Translations under genes and position numbers: made by a program
Notes under the pieces: model-generated
Seen by the model: only the letters and a program-made list of their open reading frames with translations
Told to the model about the DNA's origin: nothing
The model's database searches: none
Part shown: positions 34,664-42,537 of the stretch, piece after piece
How the letters are laid out: each line of letters opens with the position of its first letter
Numbering within the stretch: position 1 is the stretch's first letter
Source of the DNA: Candidatus Dormiibacterota bacterium
Lineage (GTDB): Bacteria; Chloroflexota; Dormibacteria; CF-121
DNA length: 58,378 nt
Direction of reading: 5' to 3'
NCBI GenBank assembly: GCA_036513555.1
Contig: DATBYU010000140.1
Span: 1 to 58,378, forward strand

Positions 34664-36109
34664 ATGCTGCTCGTTGACAAGCTCAACAAAGGCAAACTTC
34701 CCGAGAAGCCCCAGGGCGGGGATCCGGGTACGCCGCCGAGCTTGTCCAGCCTGACGGTCAAGCCTCAGAACATCGCGGCCCGCGTTCCGAACGTTGATCG
34801 CATCAAGAAGGCCGTCCACGAGCGGCTGATCACGTCGCTCGGCGGCAACTCGGACACGGCGAGCGCCGACATGGTGCAGCGCCGCATCGCCGAGCTGGTC
34901 GACGAGTATTGCCAGGAGACCAACCTCAAGCTCACCAAGTTCGACCGCGAAGAGCTTGCCGAGCTGATCATGCACGACACCCTGGGCCTGGGCCCGCTGG
35001 AGACCCTGCTGGAAGACCCGGAGGTCAGCGAAATCATGGTCAACGGACCGAAGACAATTTTCGCCGAGCGCCGCGGCCGCCTGACGCAGTCGGAGCTGGT
35101 CTTCGAGGACGAGCGTCAGCTTCGCCGTGTCATCGACCGGATCGTGGCACGCATCGGTCGCCGGGTCGACGAATCGTCGCCCATGGTCGATGCCCGCCTC
35201 CCCGATGGTTCGCGCGTCAACATCGTGATCCCACCGCTGGCTGTGCAGGGCTCGAGCATCACCATCCGTAAGTTCTCGCGCGTCCCGTACAAAGTGTCCG
35301 ATCTTGTCACCTTCGGCACGATGAACAAAGAAATGGCCGACTTCATCCGCGCCTGCGTGCGCTCGCGAATCTCGATGGTCGTCAGCGGCGGCACCGGTTC
35401 GGGCAAGACGACGACCCTGAACGTGCTTTCAAACTTCATCCCCGACACCGAACGGGTCGTGACCGTCGAGGACACGGCTGAGCTGCAGCTTCGGCAGCGC
35501 AACCTGGTCACCCTGGAGGCGCGCAGCGCCAACGTCGAAGGCCGCGGCGCGGTCGCCATCCGCGACCTGGTCGTCAACGCCCTGCGGATGCGGCCCGATC
35601 GCATTGTCGTGGGCGAATGCCGCGCCGCCGAAACCCTGGACATGCTCCAGGCGATGAACACCGGCCACGACGGCAGCATGACCACGGTCCATGCCAACAG
35701 CCCGAAGGACGCCCTCAACCGGATCGAGACCATGGTCATCATGGGCGGGTCTGACCTGCCCTTTCAGGCGATCCGCGAACAGATCGTCGGCGGCATCACG
35801 CTGTTCGTGCAGCAGGCCCGTCTGCGTGACGGTCGCCGGGTCGTCACACACATCTCCGAGATCACCGGGATTTCCGCAAACGTGATCCAGTTGCAGGACA
35901 TCTGCGTCTTCGACCAGACGGGCATCGACGAAGAGGGCAACGTGCTCGGCGCCTTCCGCTGGACCGGCGTGCTGCCCAAGCTACTGCCCCGTCTGAAAGC
36001 CAACGGTGAGGATTTCCCGATCGAGGTCTTCGGCAAGACCGGCCTGCAAGTGATCGAGGGGCAGTCGGCGGCCGCCGGCGACGCGGCGCTACGCGCCACG
36101 GCGGAGTGA
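34664..36109 (+). CDS. cpaF: CpaF/TadA-family type II/IV secretion ATPase
   Basis: Walker A SGGTGSGKTTTLN, Asp box, Walker B RPDRIVVGECR, His box NTGHDGSMTTVHAN, and a CpaF-like N-domain (LGLGPLETLLEDPEVSEIMVNG). AGGAGG RBS. Confidence 0.9.
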   Translation: MLLVDKLNKGKLPEKPQGGDPGTPPSLSSLTVKPQNIAARVPNVDRIKKAVHERLITSLGGNSDTASADMVQRRIAELVDEYCQETNLKLTKFDREELAELIMHDTLGLGPLETLLEDPEVSEIMVNGPKTIFAERRGRLTQSELVFEDERQLRRVIDRIVARIGRRVDESSPMVDARLPDGSRVNIVIPPLAVQGSSITIRKFSRVPYKVSDLVTFGTMNKEMADFIRACVRSRISMVVSGGTGSGKTTTLNVLSNFIPDTERVVTVEDTAELQLRQRNLVTLEARSANVEGRGAVAIRDLVVNALRMRPDRIVVGECRAAETLDMLQAMNTGHDGSMTTVHANSPKDALNRIETMVIMGGSDLPFQAIREQIVGGITLFVQQARLRDGRRVVTHISEITGISANVIQLQDICVFDQTGIDEEGNVLGAFRWTGVLPKLLPRLKANGEDFPIEVFGKTGLQVIEGQSAAAGDAALRATAE

Positions 36110-36112
36110 CGG

Positions 36113-38092
36113 ATGCCAAAGTGGTCCTTTTCTCGACGGCAGAAGCCCGCCGATAAACCGGCGGCGCCAGCCCCGCCACCGGCCGCCAAGACATCGGAGC
36201 CGCGAGTGACTCCATCGAGCGCCCCGACGCCATCAACTCCTGCCCGGCGGTCGGTTGACGCCGACACCTCGGGCCGCTCGCTTACGGCTCAGCTGGAGGA
36301 GGCCGCTACGACCCAGACGCGGCTGCGGCTGGATCTCGCCGAATTGCTCAAGGCGCACCGGCAGCAGGGACGTGTGCTGGAGCGCAACCAGAAGGTGCTC
36401 GAACAGACCGAGCAAGAACTCGGCCGGCATCGGGGGCGGGCGGCCGCGCTCGAGGCTGAGGTCGCCGAACAACGGAACCTCGCGGAGCAGCACGCCAGCC
36501 GCGTGAAGGAGCTGGAGCAGGTCGTCGCCAAGCACGCCACCCTGCAGACCGCCTACGAGACGCTCGATCGCGAGCGGCAAGACCTGACCGTCCGCCTATC
36601 GGACGTCACGCGGAGCCGAGCCACCGCCGACGCCGATCGTGACCGCCTCGCCGGCGAGCTGGCCGGCGCCCACGCGACGATTGCGGCGCGCGACGCTGAG
36701 GTCGCGGCCCTCAAGGTGGAACAGGAAGCCGTCGAGGCGCGTGTCGCCGGGCTGCGTACTGAAATCGAGGCCCTCAAGCGCACCAGTGACGGGCTTCGAG
36801 GAGACCTCGAGCGCGCACTCGAGAATCAAGCCGCGCACCATCGCGTCCAGCTAGAGTTCGAGGCCCTCTCGGCACGCTGGGACGTGGCGCGCGCCCAGCT
36901 CGCCGAGGCCGAGCAGGCGTTGAAGAGTTCCCAGGCGACCATCAAGGCAGCCCAGCGGCTGTCGTCCTCGGTGGAATGGCGCAGCGTCCTCGACGGCGTG
37001 CTGGATGCCGCTTCCGAGCTGGTGCGTTTCGAGCGCGGGACGCTCGCGCTCGTCGATCATCTCCAGGAAGAGCTCAAGGTCGAGGCGGCGCGCAACAGCC
37101 CGATCGCAATCAGTGAGATGTCACGCTTCAAAGTGGGCGAAGGCATCGCGGGTTGGGCGCTCTCCCATCGCGAACCGGTACTCGTCCGCGACAGCCGGTC
37201 CGACGCGCGTTTCAAAGCCTCTGACCCGAAGCATCAACCGAGATCCTTCATCGCGGTACCATTGCTCGCCGACAAAGAGGGGCTGGGGGTATTGACGCTG
37301 GCGCGGTCTGCCAGCGATCCTTTCACCGAGCACGACCTGCGCAACCTGGCGCGCGTCGCCACGGATGCCTCCAATGCCTTGATCAATGCTCGGCTGGTCG
37401 ACCTCCTCAAGCAGCGGGAAGACCGCCTGACGACGCTCGTCCGCAAGGCGCGCGAGCTTTCCGTCGCGAATGACAGCAAGCAACTCATCGAGTTCGTTCT
37501 CTCCAGCGCAAAGGAGCTCGTGGGCGGCAAGGCGGCGTTGCTGGCGCTGCGCAACCAGAAGACCCTGGAGCTCGAAGTTGCGGGCTCGCAAGGTATGGCC
37601 GAAACCATCATCAGCCAACGAATCGCCTGGGGTGCCCCGGCGGCCGGCGACGTGATGCGTTCCGGCAAGCCCTGGGTCTCGCCGATGCGTGAAATGCTGC
37701 CACCCCAGCTGGTCGAGACGGTCGAAGCGGCCGGTCTCAAGATGATCGCCTCAGTGCTGTGCGGCTCGCTGCGAGAGCAGGATATGACCGACGACGGCGC
37801 GCTGTTGAGCCGCTCGGAGCTCGAGGCCTCAGACGAGGTGAGTGGCGTGCTGAATGTCTATCGCGACAACCTCGATCCGATCCCCGCCGGTGACCTCGAG
37901 CAGCTGAAGGCCTTCGCCGAGCAAGCGGCCGTTGCAATCCAGAACGTCCGGCGCTGGGACCACGTCAAGGAGCAACTGCAGGCGACCTCGTCGATGAACA
38001 CCCGCTTGATGGGCCGCGAACGCTACATCAACCAGTTGCTGTTCCGTATCCAGCAGCTGGAACAAGAGCTCGGCCGCTACAAGGCCGCCTAA
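36113..38092 (+). CDS. Pro/Ala-rich + long coiled-coil + two GAF domains + C-terminal coiled-coil protein
   Basis: ATG lies 3 nt after the cpaF stop, with GGAG upstream. Residues ~60-290 are heptad-like and Ala/Glu/Arg-rich. GAF hallmarks FKVGEGIAGWAL..PVLVRD...FIAVPL and a second GAF-like block. No TM, kinase or output domain recognised. Confidence 0.65.
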   Translation: MPKWSFSRRQKPADKPAAPAPPPAAKTSEPRVTPSSAPTPSTPARRSVDADTSGRSLTAQLEEAATTQTRLRLDLAELLKAHRQQGRVLERNQKVLEQTEQELGRHRGRAAALEAEVAEQRNLAEQHASRVKELEQVVAKHATLQTAYETLDRERQDLTVRLSDVTRSRATADADRDRLAGELAGAHATIAARDAEVAALKVEQEAVEARVAGLRTEIEALKRTSDGLRGDLERALENQAAHHRVQLEFEALSARWDVARAQLAEAEQALKSSQATIKAAQRLSSSVEWRSVLDGVLDAASELVRFERGTLALVDHLQEELKVEAARNSPIAISEMSRFKVGEGIAGWALSHREPVLVRDSRSDARFKASDPKHQPRSFIAVPLLADKEGLGVLTLARSASDPFTEHDLRNLARVATDASNALINARLVDLLKQREDRLTTLVRKARELSVANDSKQLIEFVLSSAKELVGGKAALLALRNQKTLELEVAGSQGMAETIISQRIAWGAPAAGDVMRSGKPWVSPMREMLPPQLVETVEAAGLKMIASVLCGSLREQDMTDDGALLSRSELEASDEVSGVLNVYRDNLDPIPAGDLEQLKAFAEQAAVAIQNVRRWDHVKEQLQATSSMNTRLMGRERYINQLLFRIQQLEQELGRYKAA

Positions 38093-38102
38093 CTTCTGCA
38101 AT

Positions 38103-38139
38103 TACCCCCTCCCCCTCTGGGGGAGGGCAGGATGCGGGC
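38103..38139 (+). repeat. REP/MITE-like G/C hairpin element, copy 2 (between convergent genes)
   Basis: taCCCCCTCCCCCtctGGGGGAGGGCAGGATGCGGGC. Confidence 0.8.
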
Positions 38140-38148
38140 TCTTTTGCG

Positions 38149-38511
38149 CTATCCGCTGATGCGGCGGCGGCGCTTGCCGGCGAGGTTCAGCCGGCCGAGG
38201 ATAAAGGCGTCAAGCACACGGTGCGAGGCGACGACGCCGTCGGCGACGCGCCGCGAGCCTTTGCGCCGATCCGCCTTGAGGTCGATCAGGTACTTCTCCT
38301 GCTGAGCCCAGACCAGTTCGATCAGCTTGCTGAAGTTGGTGTCCGGGTCCACGGTGATCCCTTCTTTCTCGATACGCTCCTTGACCGCCACCGGTAAGGT
38401 CTTGGCTTCGGCGAGGTTCAGCCGCTCCAGCGCCTCCAAAAGGTCGTCGAGCCGTCGGAGGTGATAGCGGCGCTCCGCTTCATTGCCGTATGCGCGAGGT
38501 GATGCGTCCAA
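38149..38511 (-). CDS. hypothetical protein (120 aa)
   Basis: TTG 38511 lies 6 nt after AGGAGG, 21 nt downstream of the NIF3-like gene. High third-position GC. No family recognised. Confidence 0.55.
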   Translation of the reverse strand: MDASPRAYGNEAERRYHLRRLDDLLEALERLNLAEAKTLPVAVKERIEKEGITVDPDTNFSKLIELVWAQQEKYLIDLKADRRKGSRRVADGVVASHRVLDAFILGRLNLAGKRRRRISG

Positions 38512-38532
38512 GCGGTCCTCCTGGATGGTGGT

Positions 38533-39357
38533 CTATACCCTTATAACTCCGGAGCCCGCGATAACTTCGAGTCCCCGCTGTTCCAGGGCTGCGATCACCC
38601 GGTTCATCCCGATCGAGTCGCTCGGCATGTGGCCGGTGATCACCAGGTTCGCCTTGGGTAGCTGAAGCTCCTCGAGTTCCCGCAGGTCCCGGTCATCGAT
38701 GTGCATCGCCAGGATGGTATTGATGCCGTGCTCATAATACGTGCGATAGATGGCCGCGCCACCGTTGGTGCCGGCGGCCATCTGGACGATCCAGCGTCCG
38801 ACCGGGTTTTCGGCCCTGCCGAGCCAGAGCTCGGGCTGGACCAGTGAGGCCTCCATCTCGGGGATCGATTTGAGCTCGTCGACGAGGCTGCCGACCGTGG
38901 TCCCTCCGCCGTCGACGGCCCGCCCGACGAAGTCGATGAAGAACTGACGGCCGACGATATCCGCGGCCAGGTGGATGTTCATCAGCGGCATCTGGAGTTG
39001 TTTGGCCGCATCGACCACGCGGTCGTAATTGCTCGTGTGTAGCGCGTGTACCACCGGCTCGCGACGGGCGAGCATCATCTTGTGGGCGATCTCCGCTGGG
39101 ATGCCCTCCGCCTCCATCTGGGCGGCGTGCCGTTCGATCACGGCGGGTATCCCAAGGCGCGCGTGTGAACCGACCGGGTGGTGGGCGATGACGCCGTCCA
39201 CCCCCAGCGTTTTCGCCAGCAGGAGCTCGGCGACGTCGATGTCGATCCCGACATAGACGCGGCGCACCTCGCCGTCCAGGTACACCTCGGAGTCGGGCGG
39301 GGTGCCGGCACAGCCGGCGAGGGCGTTGGCCAGGGCCATGATCTCGCTCAGCCGCAC
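38533..39357 (-). CDS. NIF3-like (dinuclear metal centre) family protein
   Basis: VYVGIDIDVAELLLAKTLGVDGVIAHHPVG, ..MNIHLAADIVG.. and ITGHMPSDSIG resemble NIF3/YqfO motifs. GC3 drops upstream of GTG 39357, so I place the start there (ATG 39339 is also possible) rather than at the track start 39480. Confidence 0.55.
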   Translation of the reverse strand: MRLSEIMALANALAGCAGTPPDSEVYLDGEVRRVYVGIDIDVAELLLAKTLGVDGVIAHHPVGSHARLGIPAVIERHAAQMEAEGIPAEIAHKMMLARREPVVHALHTSNYDRVVDAAKQLQMPLMNIHLAADIVGRQFFIDFVGRAVDGGGTTVGSLVDELKSIPEMEASLVQPELWLGRAENPVGRWIVQMAAGTNGGAAIYRTYYEHGINTILAMHIDDRDLRELEELQLPKANLVITGHMPSDSIGMNRVIAALEQRGLEVIAGSGVIRV

Positions 39358-39422
39358 TCCGGCATTATCGCGATTGCCGGCCGCTGCAGAGGTACGCTGC
39401 GGATCCGAACTAGAATCCGTCC

Positions 39423-39791
39423 GTGCCGACGAATGGGGGGGCCGAGCGTCGCGGAGGTGGCGAAGGCGGTTTTGCCCCAACTTTCAAGGAGGCGGTCGGT
39501 CGTTGGCGGCGGCGTCATCGCCATCCGCCCGCGAATGAGACCTGGTTTGCCGTGCATTACCGGGTCGGCTGGCTGGTCGAGCGGCTCTCATTGCTGGAAA
39601 GTATTCACCTGCTTCGCCAGGGTCTGGACGTGCGCTCGTTGTCGGCCGAACGACCCGCCCGGCGCAAGAAGGGTGATCCCGGCACGGACGAGCTCCACCA
39701 CGACGACGACGGCGGCCTGGACGTCGAAGACGAACCCAGCGAGGCGGTGACCTCCAACGAGACAGGCAGACCGGCCGGCGATGGCGGATAA
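39423..39791 (+). CDS. hypothetical protein with an acidic C-terminus
   Basis: The frame has clearly elevated third-position GC from ~39540 to the stop (..WFAVHYRVGWLVERLSLLESIHLLRQGLDV...DELHHDDDGGLDVEDEPSE). Start is uncertain: GTG 39423 or GTG 39552. Confidence 0.4.
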   Translation: MPTNGGAERRGGGEGGFAPTFKEAVGRWRRRHRHPPANETWFAVHYRVGWLVERLSLLESIHLLRQGLDVRSLSAERPARRKKGDPGTDELHHDDDGGLDVEDEPSEAVTSNETGRPAGDGG

Positions 39792-39798
39792 TCCGCCC

Positions 39799-39939
39799 AT
39801 GCGGCGCTTTCGGCCGCGTTGGCTCGCTGCGTTACTCGGCGGCATCGTTCTGCCGTTCGACCCCGTGCTCGGCATGGTGATGTTGATGGTCGGGCTCTGG
39901 CGGCCCAAACGAAACCCCGCCCCCAAAGTGCTGCCGTGA
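39799..39939 (+). CDS. 46-aa membrane peptide (not in ORF track)
   Basis: MRRFRPRWLAALLGGIVLPFDPVLGMVMLMVGLWRPKRNPAPKVLP. High GC3. Its TGA overlaps the GTG of the next gene (GTGA). Confidence 0.45.
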   Translation: MRRFRPRWLAALLGGIVLPFDPVLGMVMLMVGLWRPKRNPAPKVLP

Positions 39940-40385
39940 AGGTCTACCTGGGTCGGGCGGTGAGCGGCGAATTGGGTCCCCGCAGCCTCGAGGCGATCCA
40001 GCTCGCCCACCGGGCCCTGAAGGAGTACGGGGCAGGCATCCTCGCCGAGCGGGTCGCGGATCCCGATTATCGGCCCGGCTTCGACCGGCCTGAACTGATC
40101 GCCGAGATGATGCACCGCGAGCTGCTCGAGGCGGACGCCGGTTGCATGGAGATGACCGGCCGCAGCACCGGCGTCGGATTCGAAGCCGGCTGGCTTCTGG
40201 GCCGGGGACGTCCGGTGCTGGCGCTCTACGATGCCGATCTGCCCCCGGCGTCGGCGGTGGTTCGCTTTCCGCCCTTCGACCACTGCGTCCCCTTCGGTTA
40301 TCACGACCTGATGGAGGTTGGCGCCGCCGTCACGGACTTCTGCCGCACCATCGCCGCGCACGCCGCCTATCGCGCCGAGGGTTGA
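39936..40385 (+). CDS. nucleoside 2-deoxyribosyltransferase-fold protein, DNPH1/RCL-like
   Basis: VKVYLGRAVSGE... and EMTGRSTGVGFEAGWLLGRGRPVLALY resemble the DNPH1 motifs (iYFaGsIRGG; EvT.PS.GVGYE.G.A...kPiL.L). The upstream part of track ORF 39819- is Arg-rich and looks off-frame. Confidence 0.55.
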   Translation: MKVYLGRAVSGELGPRSLEAIQLAHRALKEYGAGILAERVADPDYRPGFDRPELIAEMMHRELLEADAGCMEMTGRSTGVGFEAGWLLGRGRPVLALYDADLPPASAVVRFPPFDHCVPFGYHDLMEVGAAVTDFCRTIAAHAAYRAEG

Positions 40386-40397
40386 GATTCGGGCCCG

Positions 40398-41020
40398 ATG
40401 GGGTCGGCCTACGGCGCGGTGTTCGCGGCGCTCTATGATGCCGCTTTCGCGCGGGCAGAGCGCAAGGGCCTGCGTGCGATGCGCAAAGATCTGCTCGGCC
40501 AATGCGCCGGCATCGTCCTCGAGGTCGGCGCCGGTACCGGCTTCAACGTCGGACACTATGATCGGGGTCTCACCAGGCTCGTCCTGACGGAGCCTGACCC
40601 GCACATGGCGGCGAAGTTGCGGGCCGCGGTGGCTCGATTGCGGCTGGCTGCGGAGGTTATCGAAGCGCCGGCGGAGTCCCTCCCTTTTCCGGATGCCAGT
40701 TTCGACACGGTCGTGAGTACCCGGTGCTCTGCACGGTGCCCGGTCCAGATGCGGTCATCCGCGAAGTGCGGCGGGTGCTCAAGCCCGGCGGTCGATTCCT
40801 GTTCATCGAGCATGTCCGCTCGGATAGCCGACGACTGGTCGGTTGGCAGGATCGCCTTCGCGGGCCATGGAGTTTGATCGCGTGCGGGTGCCAGTGCAAT
40901 CGCAACACGCTGGAGACTATCCAACGCGGTCTCAGGACAGAGCAGGTGAGCAAAGATCGGCTGATCGGGTTGACGCCGCTGCTCCGGCCCCTCGTCCGGG
41001 GTCGGGCGCGGGCCGCCTAG
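40398..41020 (+). pseudogene. class I SAM-dependent methyltransferase (Methyltransf_11-like) interrupted by a 1-nt frameshift near 40722
   Basis: Frame A: ..VLEVGAGTGFNV..LVLTEPDPHM..LPFPDASFDTVVST then nonsense. Frame B from 40724: VLCTVPGPDAVIREVRRVLKPGGRFLFIEHV... Restoring one base (acc cNg gtg) would give the canonical ..VVSTLVLCTVP.. motif. Confidence 0.8.
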
Positions 41021-41030
41021 CCCCCGCTTA

Positions 41031-41070
41031 TTTCCCTCCCCCGCTTGCGGGGGAGGGTAGGGTGGGGGCC
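41031..41070 (+). repeat. REP/MITE-like G/C hairpin element, copy 3
   Basis: tttCCCTCCCCCgcttgcGGGGGAGGGTAGGGTGGGGGCc, between the methyltransferase remnant and mogA. Confidence 0.8.
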
Positions 41071-41084
41071 TCTAGACTTCTTGA

Positions 41085-41591
41085 GTGAGTTTTCGTGCCT
41101 GCGTGTTGACGGTGAGCACCAAGGGTGCCCGTGGCCAACGCGTCGATGAGAGTGGCGAAAAGATCAGCGACGCGCTGGCTCGCATCCCCGCGGAGGTCGT
41201 CGGCCGAGCCGTCGTGAGCGATGAGCTGGCCGACATCCAGCGCCAGATCCGCGAGTGGCTGCGCGTGACCGATCCCGACCTCATCGTCTTGACCGGGGGC
41301 ACGGGCCTAGGTCCTCGCGACGTCACGCCGCAGGCGGTGGAGCCGCTATTCGATTACCCGGTTCCGGGCATCGCTGAAGCAATGCGAGCCGCGGGTCTGC
41401 GCAAGACACCGCACGCGATGCTGTCGCGCTCGCTGGCCGGCGTTATCGAACGGACGCTGGTGCTGGCCCTTCCTGGCAGCCCCCGTGGGGTGGTCGACAG
41501 CCTGGAGGCGGTGATGGAAGCGCTGCCGCACGGCTTGCGAACGCTGCGCGGCGAGGTCGGCGACGCTCCCGCGGCGCATCGTCCCAGCTGA
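41085..41591 (+). CDS. mogA: MogA/MoaB-family molybdenum cofactor biosynthesis protein
   Basis: VLTVSTKGARGQRVDESG... and DLIVLTGGTGLGPRDVTPQA. GTG start. Confidence 0.85.
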   Translation: MSFRACVLTVSTKGARGQRVDESGEKISDALARIPAEVVGRAVVSDELADIQRQIREWLRVTDPDLIVLTGGTGLGPRDVTPQAVEPLFDYPVPGIAEAMRAAGLRKTPHAMLSRSLAGVIERTLVLALPGSPRGVVDSLEAVMEALPHGLRTLRGEVGDAPAAHRPS

Positions 41592-42472
41592 TGGGTCGGA
41601 TCAAAGTCGGGATCTCGTCCTGGACTGAACCGACCCTGATCAAGAGCGGTTGGTATCCACCAGACGCGACGACGGCGGAGGAACGGCTCCGCTACTACGC
41701 CTCGAAGTTCCCGGTGGTCGAGGTCGACAGTACCTTCTATGCGATCCCCAACGAGAAGACGGCGCAGCTCTGGGTCGCGCGAACACCGAAGGACTTCACC
41801 TTCAATGCCAAGGCCTACGCGCTGCTCACCCAGCATCCGACCCCGGCCGCGCGATTGCCGAAGGACCTGCGCCAAAAAGTCTCCGATTCGAAAACCAATC
41901 TCTACTTCAAGGACCTCGGCCCGAAGGAGAAGGAAAGCGTGTGGGATCGCTTTCGCGAGGGGCTGCAACCGCTCCAGGATGCAGGGAAGCTGGGTGCGAT
42001 TGTCTTCCAGTTTCCGAAGTGGTTCCTTCCATCGCCATCGGCCTATCGGTTCATGGAAGACCTGCGCGAATGGTTGCCGGACTTCGGGATTGCGATCGAG
42101 TTTCGCCAGGCCCTGTGGATGAAGGAGTCGCGGCGCGAACGCGTCCTCGAGTTTTTGAAGGACCACCACTACACCTACGTGGTGGTAGACGAGCCGCAAG
42201 GCTTCGCCTCCAGCGTGCAGCCGGTGGTCGCGAGCACGGCGCCGCTTGGCATGGTGCGCTTTCATGGCCACAACCAAGAGAACTGGGAGAAGAAGGGCAT
42301 CAGCACTGCGGAAAAGTTTCGCTACCTCTATCAGCCGAGCGAACTGAAGGCCTGGGCGCCCAAGCTCCACGACATGGCGAGCAGCGCCAGTGAGGTGCAC
42401 GCCGTCTTCAACAATTGCTACTCGGATTACGCCGTCCGTAACGCGGAGGAGCTGGGCCAACTCCTCCGGTAA
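41591..42472 (+). CDS. DUF72 (YecE-like) family protein
   Basis: IKVGISSWTEPTL...RLRYYASKFPVVEVDSTFYAIP...W...TPKDFTFNAKA is a typical DUF72 N-terminus. TGATG overlap with mogA. Confidence 0.85.
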   Translation: MGRIKVGISSWTEPTLIKSGWYPPDATTAEERLRYYASKFPVVEVDSTFYAIPNEKTAQLWVARTPKDFTFNAKAYALLTQHPTPAARLPKDLRQKVSDSKTNLYFKDLGPKEKESVWDRFREGLQPLQDAGKLGAIVFQFPKWFLPSPSAYRFMEDLREWLPDFGIAIEFRQALWMKESRRERVLEFLKDHHYTYVVVDEPQGFASSVQPVVASTAPLGMVRFHGHNQENWEKKGISTAEKFRYLYQPSELKAWAPKLHDMASSASEVHAVFNNCYSDYAVRNAEELGQLLR

Positions 42473-42537
42473 GGGCCTTTTCGCGCCGAAAGGTTCCCGG
42501 GGCCGTCCAGTTGCATGGGTAGCGCGGCGGCGCCACC

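Noticed and set aside
39588-40604. 338-aa minus-strand ORF spanning the DNPH1-like gene and the methyltransferase 5' end
   Set aside because: No recognisable motifs and an Arg/Gly/Ala-rich composition. The plus-strand frames show family motifs and strong third-position GC bias, so this is a shadow ORF.
40715-40730. Programmed ribosomal frameshift in the methyltransferase
   Set aside because: There is no slippery heptamer or downstream pseudoknot-like structure at the junction. A simple 1-nt deletion restores a canonical motif, so a pseudogene or sequencing error is the more parsimonious explanation.
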